Shown here: positions 39,735 to 59,390 of the stretch, piece after piece | Layout: every line of letters begins with the position of its first letter | Position numbering within the stretch: position 1 is the stretch's first letter | Assembly: GCA_001244265.2 (NCBI GenBank) | Contig: LN717261.1 | Location: forward strand, 806,001-870,000 | Length of the DNA: 64,000 bases | Source: Microbotryum violaceum | Taxonomy: Eukaryota | Reading direction: 5' to 3' | The notes under the pieces: model-generated | The model's input: only the letters and a program-made list of their open reading frames with translations | Told to the model about the DNA's origin: nothing | The model's database searches: none | Program-made: the position numbers and the translations under genes

Positions 39735-41369
39735 TCAGGCCTTCACCCGCTCTTCCTCTCCCTTCAACGCGGCCAACTCCCTCCTCCTCATCTTGGCTCT
39801 CGCCGGAATCGACCGGAAAACCTGGCACACGTCCTCCTTCTGAATGACCAACTGACCCTCGTTCGAGCACTTGGTCCTCGACCTCAATTCGTGACACAGC
39901 GCATCGACATCGCATTCCTCGAACAAAGGATGCGAACAAAGTTTCGCCCAAGCGGTTTGACAAACCCATACGTCCTTGACGTCGACCTGGTTCGAAAGCG
40001 AAGCGGGCCTCCACGGCGCGGGGAGCGCACAAGACATTTGACTGAAATCGCATTCGGGTTTGTTGCAGGGTAATCGACCGTTGGGGAGAGGGGGTGGCGT
40101 TCCACGATCGCATTCGGGATCGTCGAGGTCGGCGGTCGAATCCCGGTCGAGGTCAGGGACCGTTGACGACGTTTCCGTATTGGCGACCGTTTCAGGAGGG
40201 AGCGTGAAGAACGCCGGGTCAAAAAAGGATTGGTAGAGATCCGGCATCGGTAGGTCCTCGTATTCGAACGGAGTCTCGAAATCGAAAGCGACGTCGATCG
40301 GCTTTTTAAGCGAGACGACCATTCCACCGGGGGTGATCGGCATCGCCGGTCGTTGAGCGGAGCAAGTTGGAAGCGCGGCCAGTTCAGGATCGATCGAGGC
40401 CATGGCGTACGAGGCCAGGTCTTCCAAGCTGTTGCCCGATTGGGGTTGGGGTCGCACAGGTAGCGGGTACGGAGCAGACGGTAGCGCCATCGGTGGGGTC
40501 GACGTCGCATAGTTCATCGTCGGAGGCAGCGCCGAAGGTGGGGGAGGGTGAAGCACCAGCTGGGGCTTGACGTCCTCGGCAACGTGAGGGAGACGAAGAT
40601 TTTCGACAGAAGGTTGTTGTTGGGCCTTCGCAGATTTGCTGGACTGCGAATCGTGAGGGCTCAAAGTCGGAGAACTGGCCGAAGGCGCAGCAGTCCCAGT
40701 ATCCAATTGCTCCATCGCGGTCTCGGGCACCGGTTGCCCCAGTCGAAGCGCCTTGTTTTCGGCAATCAACCTGAGAGGACCGACAGAAAAAGCAGATCCC
40801 AGCTCAGTTGGAACCTTTGAACGCCCATCTTCGGAGTACTCACATATCGATCAGCTGAGTCTGGCGAGCTAGCTGCGTCGCCTGTCTTTGGACCTCGACC
40901 TCTATTTCTTGCATATGTCTCTCCTTGCGCTCGCGGAACGATCTCTGCGCGGCGCGGTTCTGCAACTTGCGTTTGGCCGTCTCTTCATCGCCCTCGATGT
41001 CTGCGTTAGAGAATGGAAGGCAAGGAAGGTTCGATGTAGGCGGGTGAGTGAGTGAGAGAGGGAAATATCATCCGGGGAGCGTGGGCGGAGCGCGGCCGGC
41101 CATAAGCGGGCAGCGGGCGCGAGCGCGGGCACAGGAGGACGGTGAGCGCATGAATGGGTGGTTAGGTGGGTGGGTGGGAGAAGTGCATTTGTCAGCCCTC
41201 CGTCGCCGAGCTCGTGCCGCTGTCCAGAGCCTACGGTTACACATATCAACCTTTACCCGGGTCACAAGTAGATACGAAGCAACTCACCCTGATCAGCTTT
41301 CCGTTTCCGACCCCTCTTACTAGGTTCGGTCGACGACGGGGTGGGGGACGTGCTTGTGCCGGCCTTCAT
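39735..41369 (-). CDS. AP-1-like bZIP transcription factor (Yap1/Pap1 type) with a C-terminal cysteine-rich domain
   Basis: KRGRKRK...KRKLQNRAAQRSFRERKERH. C-terminal CQTAWAKL...DVDALCHELRSRTKCS. Confidence 0.88.
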
Positions 41370-44300
41370 CTTGAGCGAGGATCGACGGAGCGGCTTCGTC
41401 CTGGGAGCGCGCGGTCGACCAACCGCGGCAATGTCTGTGGATGTTGCTGCTATGCCTCGGTGCGGGAGACCTCGAAAGTTGGGGTACAATCTATTTGTGG
41501 AAAGGATTAAGAGTTGGGTAGATAACGTCGCTTCGAGCGGTGGTGTGAGTGATATGTGGGCTCGAGTGGTTGGAGTGCCGATGACGCCGACGGTCTGGAG
41601 GACGGGAGAGACGCGACCGGGCAATCCCAAAAGGGTGCGAATGGGTGCAAGGGGGAAACTCACAACTCGCTATTTCCGAGCGCTAATAGAGGAGTAAGAT
41701 GTCAAATCTGACGGGGTTCGACGTCAGAAGTAGCGAAGAAGACAAAGCTTTGTGGGAATTTTGAAGAATGCCAAAGCTTCGTGAGTGTGCATGCAGTTTG
41801 TCGGGGGTTCTCACGGAAGAAAGAACCGAAAATTACAGCCGAGCTCGACAATCAGCGCTCCCCCGGGTCGGCACACCATTCTCGGCGAACAGGGTCAAAA
41901 ACCGCCGGACACCAAAATGAAAAACGAAGCTCACAACAGGGGTGGCTGGAAGGAAATCGATTACCAGAGTTTTTAGCATTGTTTGGTTCGGTCCCGATAC
42001 CGATCCGCTCGGGCTGGGCTTTGGCGACAATTTGCCCCCTGAAAGTCAAGTCGCCCATGCACCCAGCGCGGACGTCCGCTTTGCACAAAGTCAATTCCGA
42101 TGGCATGACTGAGACCGGGCGCAGGATGGAACCCGGAAAGTTTAAAATTTGTTGCTACTCCCGTGCAAAGAGTTCGTGCCTGGAAGGACCGCTCGGGTCA
42201 TCCAGCGAGTATTTGTGCGTAACCCTTCACCTCCCGGGCCATCGATCGTCTGCAGCTTGCTCCATACTTTTCCCCTGTCCTCCCTCACGTCTCCCCTGAC
42301 CTGCATCATTCATCCGGGACCCCGTGCATCTTGCCGGAAGATCCCGAGCCAATTTCTTCATCCGACCCAGTCACCCAACACCTGTACAGGAGCACCTATT
42401 GAATGACCCCTCGGGAAGGAGAACGAGTCTGGCTCCTCCCCCTTCGATCCGAGGCTGATCCGAGCGCACACCAAACCCCAAGAGGGAAGGGTTTCGCAGA
42501 ATGCCCTTGGCGACACACATAATTGCCAGAAGCTACATCAAATGAAGTGTGAGCTATCAGGGATGGTGTAGCTCTTCCCCGTTCCGAAAGAGTCTTGCGT
42601 ACCCGCGGAATGCAGTGGGTCATGGTTTCGCGGTGGTTGACCTCACGAGTTCGGAGTTGGGAACGACGGCCCGTTGGCCGGTCTGGTCGCTCAGGAGCTG
42701 AACGCGGGACGATCGTGTTCGCACAATTAACGCGCCCCCTCCGGGGGCGACGGGTCCCTGAACCTCTGACGGAGTAACACCGACTGACAGCGGCTAGTAT
42801 TACTAAGAACGTTTCACATGAATGAGGCATGTAAATGTGCCAAACGTTAATAAACATTGCAGACAGCGAGATCGAGCCAGAGCCGGGGTGTAAATAGATA
42901 AGTTGAGATCACTCGACATCGCCCATGTCACAGTCCGTGTCTGGACGAGTTAGTGTTCGCATGTGGTCGTCAGCGTTGGGGACCCACATCGCGCGTTCAC
43001 CGAAGTCAGCTATAAGAAGTGGTTTCAGTTGACGTTGAGAGTTCCGGACTTCCGGGAGCGACTTGGGCGCGACCTGGCTAGGCGTGGTGAATGTGTCCAC
43101 CGCTGAAAGACATGGGAATCAAATGGCATGGAATGTCAGGATTCCCCCACAGATCTTTCACAATGGGAAGAGCGTTGCAACCCACGAATAGATGCCTTTT
43201 TGTCGTTGGCCTAAACGGTATCTGCTTGGTTGAGAAAATTGTCCTTGATGCGCCCAAGGCTGTGAGATACCTCGTCATCGCAACGGTGAGTGTAAATCTG
43301 CCGGGTTGACGGTGAAGATGAGGGTGTACATACCGAACGCGTTGGAGTATCCGCGGATCTCATTCCTCATGTCGAGCATCTATGCAGTTGTGCCGTGAGG
43401 TTTGTCTCCGAAACTTTGCCATTCCGCCAGAATACGGTTGATTTGCTTCTCTGCTTCTGTTGTTGCCTTGTACCTTTTCGCGTCCTTGGATTTTTTTTTT
43501 TTTTTTTTTTTTTGTTCATTTCGGACACAACATCCATTTCGATTTCGAGCAGTGCTGCTCCGATTCGAGCCACCTTCTCTGTGGGGATCCGAAAAGCGAG
43601 TTGGCGAAACACATCTCGTCGGCGGAGCATGCTTGAAACGATGAATGGAAAGACGGGTCGCATCGAAATCGCTGTCGTATAGATTGAGCAAATGGTTGAC
43701 TTGCTCATCCAGAGAAATCTTGAGGTTGCGCTCGACACAGAAACCGACGAGACCAAATGGATCAAGGTGTGGCCACAGCTTTGAGAGCACGAGCTGGTCC
43801 GAAGGTTCTCACGAAGGGGCGTCGCCTGTCGCAATGACATAGGTGGCTTGTCCTGGTTGAGATAACGGAGAGCTTTCTCAAAGAGCAGCCATGAGTGAAT
43901 TGGTTCGTCGGTAAGGGATGGCGGCACATGGACGTGTTCGAAAACTGGTTCATCAGAGTCGTTATGCAGTGCGTTGTTGCGTAGCCTTCAAAGAGCGATG
44001 AGGTTGCTTCCACTGTCTCTGCGGCCACCGAATTCGCCAGAACTACGTCGGGCACGAGACAGTCTCCATCCGCGATTTGTCGATCCGATACTCGGGAAGC
44101 AGCCCAGACGGAAGCCGAAGTCGAAGTGGAAGCTGAAACCGCCGCAGAAGCTGGAGAGGTCGGGTTGTGCGCACCCGGGCCGGAACCAGTGCGTCGAATG
44201 AGCTGTGCAATCGCCATCAAAGGAGACGGCAGAGTGCGCCGATTTCTTGCTTCGTTGATCAACCACCTGAGCATCTTTCGACTCTGCTTCACGATCATGG

Positions 44301-45025
44301 GTCGACACTTGTCCAGCTTCGCAAGATTGGGCTCCCTCCGCAGAATGCACACACTGTCAGCGAGTTCCTCGACCGACATGGGCAGTACATCGGTGAACGA
44401 AGCGGTGTTCTGGCTGAAGATGAGGGTGTTTCCGCGCGTGAGTTCTTGTTGAGCTTTCGGGATATCCGAAACGAGTTAGCTTGTACACGATCTTGTAGGC
44501 TCTGGGGCGCGCACTGCAGTGACGAGGTGCTCAAACTGACTCGTGTTGGAGAAGCGATCTCGGACATCAGCGGAGACGTGATCCAGTGCGCGATAAAATC
44601 CGTTGCTCAACGACCGAGGGGGCTTAGTCGGTGGCCCTGTGGTAGGGAACGACCGTTTGAAGCAGTCTGGACAGAGTGAGCACTGAAGCGTGTTGTTCGT
44701 GGGCGAGTACGCGATCTGATCGATTAAATCGCTCGGTCGATGGAGACGTCGGGGATGGATGAGTGCGCCACGTCAAGCTGAACACTGCAATCGCAAGTCG
44801 GAGGTCCGTCCGTAGTGTAGAGTTGGTTAATTCCCTCCAAATCCCTGATTCCTCCCGCTTGATGTTGTCTTCATGCACCCATCGTACGTTATGCCCGAAG
44901 ACTCTCTCGGAACACATCAGGCAGCAGAAGAGACGGGAACGAGCGTCGGTGAAGTAATCATTCCATTCGGAACGGCTCTCGGTGTTGAACTGATCGGATG
45001 CTGGCGCAAAATGCGATGTCACTTT

Positions 45026-49899
<4,874 letters not shown>

Positions 49900-51118
49900 A
49901 CTTTACCGGGATCTTCTTGTTCGGGTTCGGGATGCAGTGGTGGACGTCTGTGCAGCGTTTGTTTAGAGTCAGTCGCTAAGACGTTCCCGCGATTCTTCTG
50001 GACTTCCTCGTTCAGTCAGGCTCGAAGCACGTCAACAGGTCTTGATGCGTATGCTCTGTGGTCGGAGAAGCAATGACGACGTGGCGAAGTCGCGGGACTC
50101 GCCGCTTGTTGCCTTCTGAGAACACACCCATTTGAACAAGCATTACAGTTGGGATCGCACGACCAAAGGAGCGCTTGCAGGGATAGCTCTTTCGCAAGCG
50201 GGTTCCTCCAGGAGTATCCTTTCACGTGATCCGTGATCCGCCCGAAAAAGCTCCTTCAGGAGATCCATGCTGAAGTTGATGCTGCTGCGCACGAGCTGCC
50301 CAAGACTGCATTTGTCAACCACATCATCGAGTGCTGACACTGGACTATTGCGTAAGAGCGGACCGGAATACACATACATAATGCTCGGGGCGCTTAGGCG
50401 GGGTCCTCCTATCTGGGGGAGCAATGTTCTAACCGATCGGCGCTGAAATCGGGCACCCCTATTGCGCTCTTAGGCAGGCTCCTCCTATCCGGGGTAGCAT
50501 TGTTCGCACCAATCGGCGCTGAAATCGGACTCTCCTATGGGACTTCAACAGCCACGCGCGTGCGGGGTGTTTCGGCCATTTCGTCCAACAAAATCTCAGA
50601 ATAGCATCATTTTCGAGGCTGGGAACCCCCCCATTTTTCGAAACGAAACCTTCAGCTCTAACGAGCTTCAGGGATTTCTCACGATTGAGCCGGGGGGTGT
50701 TTTTCTTGGCAGCCGGTCAACCAAGATAGATGAGTCGTGCGGCGAGAATAAATCCCCAAGTTGGAGCACTTTTCGCATGCCGTCACTTTTCGAAGCGCGT
50801 GCCTCCGACTCTGAGAGCTTTCGCCGTAAAGCTCGGCGAGTTCAGAAGCTGCACATTGTCATGTTGAGCTTGGACAAGTGCAATCGCTGTGAACTATAAA
50901 TTATCCATCAAAGGAGACAGTGACAGCAGCATGCCCGCCGAATCGCCATAACACCCAGTGGTCCGAACGCAATCGAAATTGGCCTAATATAAACCCTGCA
51001 TCTGCGAGCTTGATTGAAATGAGAATGGAGCTTGGAGTCCGCGACTGCTCGCCCGCTCCGCCTGCAGACTCTTGCATTGCACTCGTTTGGCCCTTGAACG
51101 CTCGGCACAATCCTCACC

Positions 51119-52055
51119 ATGGTCAGTAGCTCGCTCACACTCAGCTGACATGGAGATACCACTGTCGGACTGACCGTGTTCCTCCGCTCCCCCCTGTTGT
51201 ACCCGGCATACCGCACTGGCGGCTCCGTACCCCCGCCCCGACGCGATCATCCTCCCGATCCCCATCCATGACCTACATGCACCACCTCCCAGGCTTCTTC
51301 GTCTACACCCTACCAAACTCCCCGAGCAGACCTCGACATCACCCTCCCTCCTCGTCCCTTCCTGGCGCCACTGCACCAGCCGCTCCCCTCGACGTACACG
51401 CCCAAAGCCGTCGTCGGCCCCGCGTTCAGCATCGGCCTCGTCTCGGCCGGCTTTGGTCTCTTCATCTCGAGCATTAAGAACAGTCTCGAGTTGCACAACA
51501 AGGGTGCTATGGGCGTCTTTACGAGGACGGGGTGGATCATTGGCTACTTTGGTCAGTTCAAAGCCACTGCCGAGACCGGCGGGCACAGCGCTCGCGGCGG
51601 GGGTGTGGAGTGCAGTACAGCTTTTTACAGAGTATCTGCATCGCATTTTTAATCGGGTTGCTACCTACTGCGACACTAACGCCACGCCCCGAGCTGCCAG
51701 CGCTTTCGCTTCCGCAACCGATCCCAGCAGCTGACCCCCTCATTCATCGCTTCTACCCACAGCCACCGCCGGTTTCGTCTACACCCTCGTCGACAACAGC
51801 GTGTCCAATATGATTGAGAACTCTACAAACGGCATCGCCGGCGCAACAGGTGGATGTGCCGCCGGCTTCGTCTCGGGCATTCGCAACGGCTCTTTATCTT
51901 CCGCGATGGGCTTGTGCGCCTTCATGGGTGCCGCTGTCGGGACGTACGAGTTGGCGGGAGGGACGTTGGGTAACGAGATGAGGAAGGATAGGAAGACGCG
52001 AGATGAGGAACGAATGAGCTTCTTCAAGAAGAGGCCAGAGACCCAGGAGGAGTAA
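51119..52055 (+). CDS. Complex I NDUFA11/21.3b-like subunit (Tim17/22 superfamily)
   Basis: GLFISSIKNSL..HNKGAMGVFTRTG, SNM...NGIAGATGGCAAGFVSGIR, RMSFFKK. First-exon phase unresolved. Confidence 0.75.
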
Positions 52056-53180
52056 AGCAGGACGGGAAGGGGAAACCTGGGCAAGGGGAGGACAGAGTTG
52101 GAGGAGATAGATACGATGGATAGCAGAGAGGGGTGTATAGTGTCGAACGTGGTATCTCTTAACCTTTTTTTTTGTGGCTTGTTCCCGGAGCAATAACAGT
52201 CAAGGTTCGATTCGCGCCCATCACGAAGGCTTGCAAGAGGTGCGGCGCCGAGCATTGTCTTGTAATGCCCTTGCAGTATGGTCGCAGTATATCCAAGCGA
52301 TCGTGGGTCTGGTACAAGTCACCGCGCTTCGGTACGAGTCGGCGAGTGTCGCGTTCTTGGCTGGGACTCGGGGCCTGGGAGCACATGCTTCAACAACCAT
52401 GGTGATCTATTAAGCCTGAATAGTGAGCACACCGTCTGCCTCTCCTGCGAGTCAAATTTGGGCTTCGGGCCTTGGGTCTTTGCATGTGCGGGTGACACAG
52501 ACAAATGACTGGTCGTGGTCGAGCCCGGGCCGTGGTGAGTCCCGCACTGACCCCATCTTTCCACGCACGACGCATCACGCATGCCCGGCCCCCCTATCCG
52601 GAGCAAGCTAGTTCGAGGCGCAAAACCGCCTGGAGAGCGGTGTTCCTAAACAAGCAGTGCAAGCGGGGCCTACATATGCTGCTTCAAGCACTAGTGCCGG
52701 CTGTTTCTGGTCGTAAATCAAGCTCGCAAATGGTTCGGGTTGAGCTACTTTCAATTGGCTTGCTAAGTGCGCACCTTTCGCCACTGGCTTGTAGAGCCGA
52801 GGCTCGCATGGTCTTGTAGAGCAATGGCTCTTCGGTGATACAAGTGTGCGTGTGATACGGATTGTCTCCGACTTCGGTCTTTCGCGGCTAAGATTGTCGA
52901 ACCTGAGCTTAAAAGCTAGAGCTCTTAGCGCGGTCACGACAGGGGCGGAGGCATTCGGGCTCATGCGGATGCCCAATTTGCTCGGTCCTTTTTGTTAAAA
53001 CGCAAAACACCTTGATATCACCTTGCGCCCTCATCTGTGTACTTCTACTCTCTTCCTCTTTCCTATCACTCGCGCTTTGCCCCTCCCGGCTCCAAGTCCT
53101 CCCACTCCCACGATACTTCCCACTCTTTCGAGCCTATACCCATCCTTAAAACTATCTACAAACTACTATCTATCCTACTA

Positions 53181-53412
53181 CTAGGTTCGGAGGCGCGGAC
53201 CTCGCATTGAAAATCAGCAGTTCTGTTACATTATTTCAGGCCATTGAGTCAAATATCCTTCTGAACACAATGTTGTCAGTGATGTTGTGGGAAGCATTCT
53301 GTTGAGTGCCAGTAGTAGTTGGCAGAAGAACCTTAACACCATCTACGTTTGATGCTCGGGACAGTGCAACGTATAACTGTCCATGTAAAAAGACAGGGTT
53401 TTCCAGACACAC
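53181..53412 (-). mobile_element. Canonical Helitron 3' end: Pif1-helicase C-terminus, hairpin and CTAG
   Basis: Minus strand reads VCLENPVF/HGQLYVALSRASNVDGVKVLL...TDNIVFRRIF*, then a short GAGG..CCTC hairpin and CTAG|T at 53184-53180. Confidence 0.88.
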
Positions 53413-53921
53413 TGTGGTACTCCGGATCGTGCACCCAATTGACTGCCGAGCTCCGCCGCGCTAAACGGGTGTTCGATGGTTCGGCGTGCTCCCTCCACAG
53501 CGCCACCTGCAACGAGTGTGACTTTCTCGATCCAATCTTTTCATGGCCAGATCTCCTTTGTGCACCACCGACGACTCACCGACGACAATTGTGACTCGAT
53601 TGACCCGGCGCCGGATGATGAGGCAATCCTTCCCGCGCGCGCGACTACCTTAGATCCTGTCCCTGAGCGCTAGTCGACTCCTGGCTCTGGCTACCCTAGT
53701 TCGCGAACGCCAAAGGCATCGGAAGGAGAGAAGTCTCAGATTGTCCGAACGACACCTGGGCACAAGAGGCGGAGGGTCGAACGAAGGACAAGTACAACTA
53801 GTTTATCGGAGCATCTTGTGTATCATCAAGTTCGAGAATCCTGGTACCTCGGAAGGGTTGCACATGTCAAGATATTGCTGTTTCATCCCACTTGTTTTCC
53901 CGATTATGATTAGTTACTAAT
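53413..53921. mobile_element. LTR-like fragment interrupting the Helitron helicase
   Basis: Begins TGTGGTACTCCGGATC exactly where helicase similarity stops, and shares this terminus with 31169-31186. Confidence 0.5.
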
Positions 53922-55468
<1,547 letters not shown>

Positions 55469-58400
55469 TGTTGTATGAGTGATGCAGGCAGAAGCTAGGC
55501 GCGCGGGTGCCTAGGCTGGAGTGTGTGGGCGCACAGCTGAGGGTTGGCTGAGGTCACGTGGATGTCTGGATTAGGAAGGAGGTTCGCTTAGCGACAGAGG
55601 CTTTTCTTAGTTGCATCTTGGGGGTACTCTCTTGTTCTTTTCCTCGTCACTTGATCTTACAACTTTGTGGTCCTGGCTTTGGCGTGTTATCACAACGCAT
55701 CTCTGCGCCGCTTAGGAGCGCGAGACTACCAAATTCACAACAGGTTATGAGCCTGACGGGTTCCGCCTGGCGTGTTATCACAACGCATCTCTGCGCCGCT
55801 TAGGAGCGCGAGACTACCAAATTCACAACAGGTTATGAGCCTGACGGGTTCCGCCACCCGCTCTCATAAGTCGGACAACATGATCTCAGAGACCACGAAC
55901 ATGTTCGCTGTGTCCGACAAATCGTCGTCTGAGGTACTACGACGTACCAACTACGACACCTGGGCACAAGAGATGATCTTGCTCTTGCGCTCCCACGATC
56001 TTTGGAAAATCACCAAGATCGGAATGGATCCGTCGATCATCAAGATTCCAGAGATTGTCAATCCCGATCTCGATCTCTACGTCGATTCAGTCCGCTCGCC
56101 GACCACATACTCGACGACTCGTTGTCGCTCGAAGAATCTAGGGAATTGTATCTTGATGCTCGTGCATCTTACCTCATCATTCGATCTCTCGATCCTGCCA
56201 ACAAGTCGTTGATCAGCAACTGCTCCACGGCGAACCAGCGCTGGGATGCTCTGCGCACCTATCATCTAGGCGAGCGCAACTCGCAAATCACCTTGATCTC
56301 GGCGCAACTTTCAAGGATGCTCTATACGGGTAAATCTTAGATCTCCTCGGAAGATCATATGATCAAAATTCGCGACCTCAACCTCAAGGCAAAGCAACTT
56401 GGCTACCCGAGGTCAAACACCAAAATCGCGTTTCAAATGCTGAACTTGGTAACGGATCCCAAGTGGGCGAACACGATTGAGGCTTTATCCCTCACCAGCG
56501 ACCCTACACCGACCAAGATAATAGCACGTATAAAGGAGCGTGAAGTCACTTTCGCGCTCACAAACTGCATTCAAGGCGGAACGTCTCTTCTTCTTCCCAA
56601 CGACCCCGCAACCGTTCAGACTGTTGCGGCCAACTCTGCTTCGGATCCCAAGGGATCGCGCAAGACGGGGAAGAAATCTCGGAACAGGCGCAAACCTACC
56701 GACACTTGCACTCGATGCAATGGAAAAGGTCATTGGGCCTGCGACAAGGAATGCCCCGGCAAACGCCCTGAATCTGTCGCATCGGTCAATGAAGGACATA
56801 ATTCCAAGTCTGGTCCTCCTTCCCGCTTTGTAGTTGGCGCTCACGTTGCACGTGAAATGCCAACTGCCTCTTCGTCTCGTTATTCTACGGCTCTTGCCAC
56901 TGCGAGAGATCCCACTTCAAAGCTTGAGTGGGTTGGCAACCCTGGAGCCATTCGCCATCTGATCGGCGATCACTCCCTCCTTCGAAACTTCACTCGAGAT
57001 CCCATTGCCGTTCAAGTTGCGGATGGTTCGATCCAAGAAGTCGAAGGCTATGGTGAACTTTCCGTTACTACCAAAGAAGGCAACATTATCGACTTCAAGA
57101 ACGTCTACTGTTTGCCTGGAGCAAATTTGGCCCTCATCTCGTTCTTTTCACTCTGTGATAACGGATTCGAGCTTCGTATGACGGATGGCGGTAAGACTAT
57201 TAGTGTCTACTTGGGCAACAGGTTCGTCTGCTCTACCGAGCGTGACACCGCCTACTACTTTGATTTCACCATCTACAACGAACCCGTGGCTGTTCTCACG
57301 CGCGCTTCAGCTGGTGCTCCGCTTATGTGGTGGCATCGTGTCTTTGGTCATCTTTCACCTCACACCATTCTCAACATGGTATCTACCAAGATGATCGTTG
57401 ACATCAAGATCTCGGATGAAACGATTCACGACTGCGAAACCTGCATCGTTGCGAACTCTCGCGCTGCACTGTTTCAACATGTCAGTCGTGAGCCGACCGA
57501 GGTTCTCTACCGCGTCTTCATCGACCTCGGTTTCGTCGATGTTCCAGATCACAAAGGACGCTTCGTCTATCTTGTCATCGTTGATCAACTTTCCTCGATG
57601 AAATGGACTTATCCCTTGACTTCCAAGTCCGCTGCCAAAGTTCTCCAGGTGTTCTGTCGCTTTCAAGCTCAAGCGGAACGCGTCACCGGCAAGACTATCA
57701 AGTTCGTTCGTTCGGACAACGGCGGGGAATTCCTCAACCGGTCTTTTGAAGCGGAGTTTACTCGACTTGGTATCACCCACAAGTTCACTGCTCGCTACAC
57801 CCCGAACAAAATGGCAAGGCTGAATGTGCAAATGGCTCGCTCTTTGCTATGGTGCGGGCAATGCTCAAGGATGCTGGACTTCCAGGCTCTTACTGGACCT
57901 ATGCTCTAGATATGGCAACTTTCATCGCCAATCGCATGCAGCATCCTCGCTTCAAGAACAAAACCATCTTCGAGATCTTCTACGGCAAGAAACCGAGCGT
58001 CGGCCATCTCCGACCCTTCGGTGCTATTGCCTTCGTGCTCTTGCCTTGTCAGCTGCATCGCAAGCTTGACGATCATGCCAAGAAGGGCATCTTTGTAGGA
58101 TATTCCGGCGAGTACAACTACATGGTTTTCGTCGACTACACTACCTCTCCCAAGGTCCTCATATCTCGTGACGTCACTTTCACCGAGGCGCTTTCTGAGG
58201 TTCCTTCTGCTCCGGCCGATGTTGATTGTGATCCGGAACACTTTGCAGTTGAGGAGATCTTCAAATACGACCTCATCCCTCAACTTCGTGACATTCGACT
58301 TGATCCTGTGCATCTTCCAGTGCAGGACGGTCCTCTCGCGCTGGCTCCCAGGCGCGCTCCCGATGATCCGGCTCACCTTAGGCTCCCTCTGACGCTGCGG

Positions 58401-58670
58401 AATTGGCCCAAGACAACATCAACGATGACGTGATCATTATCAATGAGCGCGTACGTGCAGAATCTCCTCCTCCGCCTGAAGACAAACTCGAGGATGTTGT
58501 CCCTCAAGTTCCGAACGATGGCTACGAGTATCGTGCGTACAACATCGGTCACAATCCTGGTCGATTCGAGGATGTAAATGAAGAAAACATCCTTCCTCCT
58601 AGCTCTCGATGCGTTGCAGCTCGTCTTGCGGTGGGGGATGTGGCGTTTGTTGCCAAGACCGGACATCCGA
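55469..58670 (+). mobile_element. Degenerate Copia related to the intact element, 3'-truncated before RT
   Basis: LTR TGTTGT...CACAACA at 55469-55742, PBS GGTTATGAGCC. Frameshifted gag-pol with GAPLMWWHRVFGH, RVFIDLGFV, RSDNGGEF, HLRPFG. Confidence 0.92.
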
Positions 58671-58679
58671 TCACGTTGC

Positions 58680-58900
58680 GTGAGGACCCCCGCAAGCCCA
58701 GCCGGAGGCGCATTTTTTTTTTTTTTTTTTGACATTTTGAGGACCCAAAATCCTGAAAATCGTCGAGGCGCATTGCAAAAAATTGACAATTTTGGGACGA
58801 AACACACGTTTCGCCCCGAGGCGCATGTCTATATTTTGACATTTTCCCGTGAGTCGGCAGGAGTCGGCCCAATTTTGGCCTACCCTGAGCAGCCTACGGC
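58680..58900. repeat. Possible DNA-transposon terminal/subterminal region
   Basis: GAGGCGCAT x3, GAGGACCC x2, TGACATTTT-like motifs and a poly-T run. Starts abruptly where Copia homology ends. Confidence 0.45.
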
Positions 58901-59098
58901 ATTGACTTTGGGCCCGTTTGCCTTCGCTTCGAGACGCGATGCTCGCGCTTGAACAAGTCACTTAGTACTAGTACTCTTCCGTAATCACTTGAGTTAAGTG
59001 GCTGTGAGGGATTAGGCCGATTAGATATTGAAGGGGCGCAGGTTCCGTTCCGCTTCACTTCGGTCCGAGATTGGAGCATAGCACGACAACAGTAGAAG

Positions 59099-59365
59099 TC
59101 AATGTGACCGTGCACCAGTCCGCCCGCCATGGCTCCCAATGTGTGGTAGGGTAGAACCACCGCCGGTACGACTCGGGTGCACGGTCACATTGAAGTTTGC
59201 CTTGCGGCAGTGACAGACGCTACCAAATTGGAAAACAAAAGAAAGTTTGGTTGAACTGAGAATTGAACTCAGGTCCACTCTATTAATCAGATTTGCTCTG
59301 ACCGCTGAGTTACTCAAACCGCGGAAATAGATGAATAGGACGGTGCACCCGAGTCATACCGGCGG
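59099..59365. mobile_element. MITE-like nested inverted repeats
   Basis: 59160-59186 and 59339-59365 are inverted (25/27). 59099-59116 and 59176-59193 form a perfect 18-bp inverted pair. The interior is AT-rich. Confidence 0.7.
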
Positions 59366-59390
59366 GGTCGTGGGAGAACGACACTTCAGT

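Noticed and set aside
39171-40073. 300-aa plus-strand ORF
   Set aside because: Antisense to CSN2 and the bZIP gene, and includes the heptamer repeat.
53283-53300. TGTTGTGGGAA as a Copia LTR start
   Set aside because: It lies inside Helitron helicase coding sequence on the minus strand, and the similarity ends after 11 nt.
59331-59390. N-terminus of the 637-aa RT ORF as a genuine fusion gene
   Set aside because: Chance in-frame read-through from flank into a 5'-truncated LINE whose RT motif is mutated (FADN).
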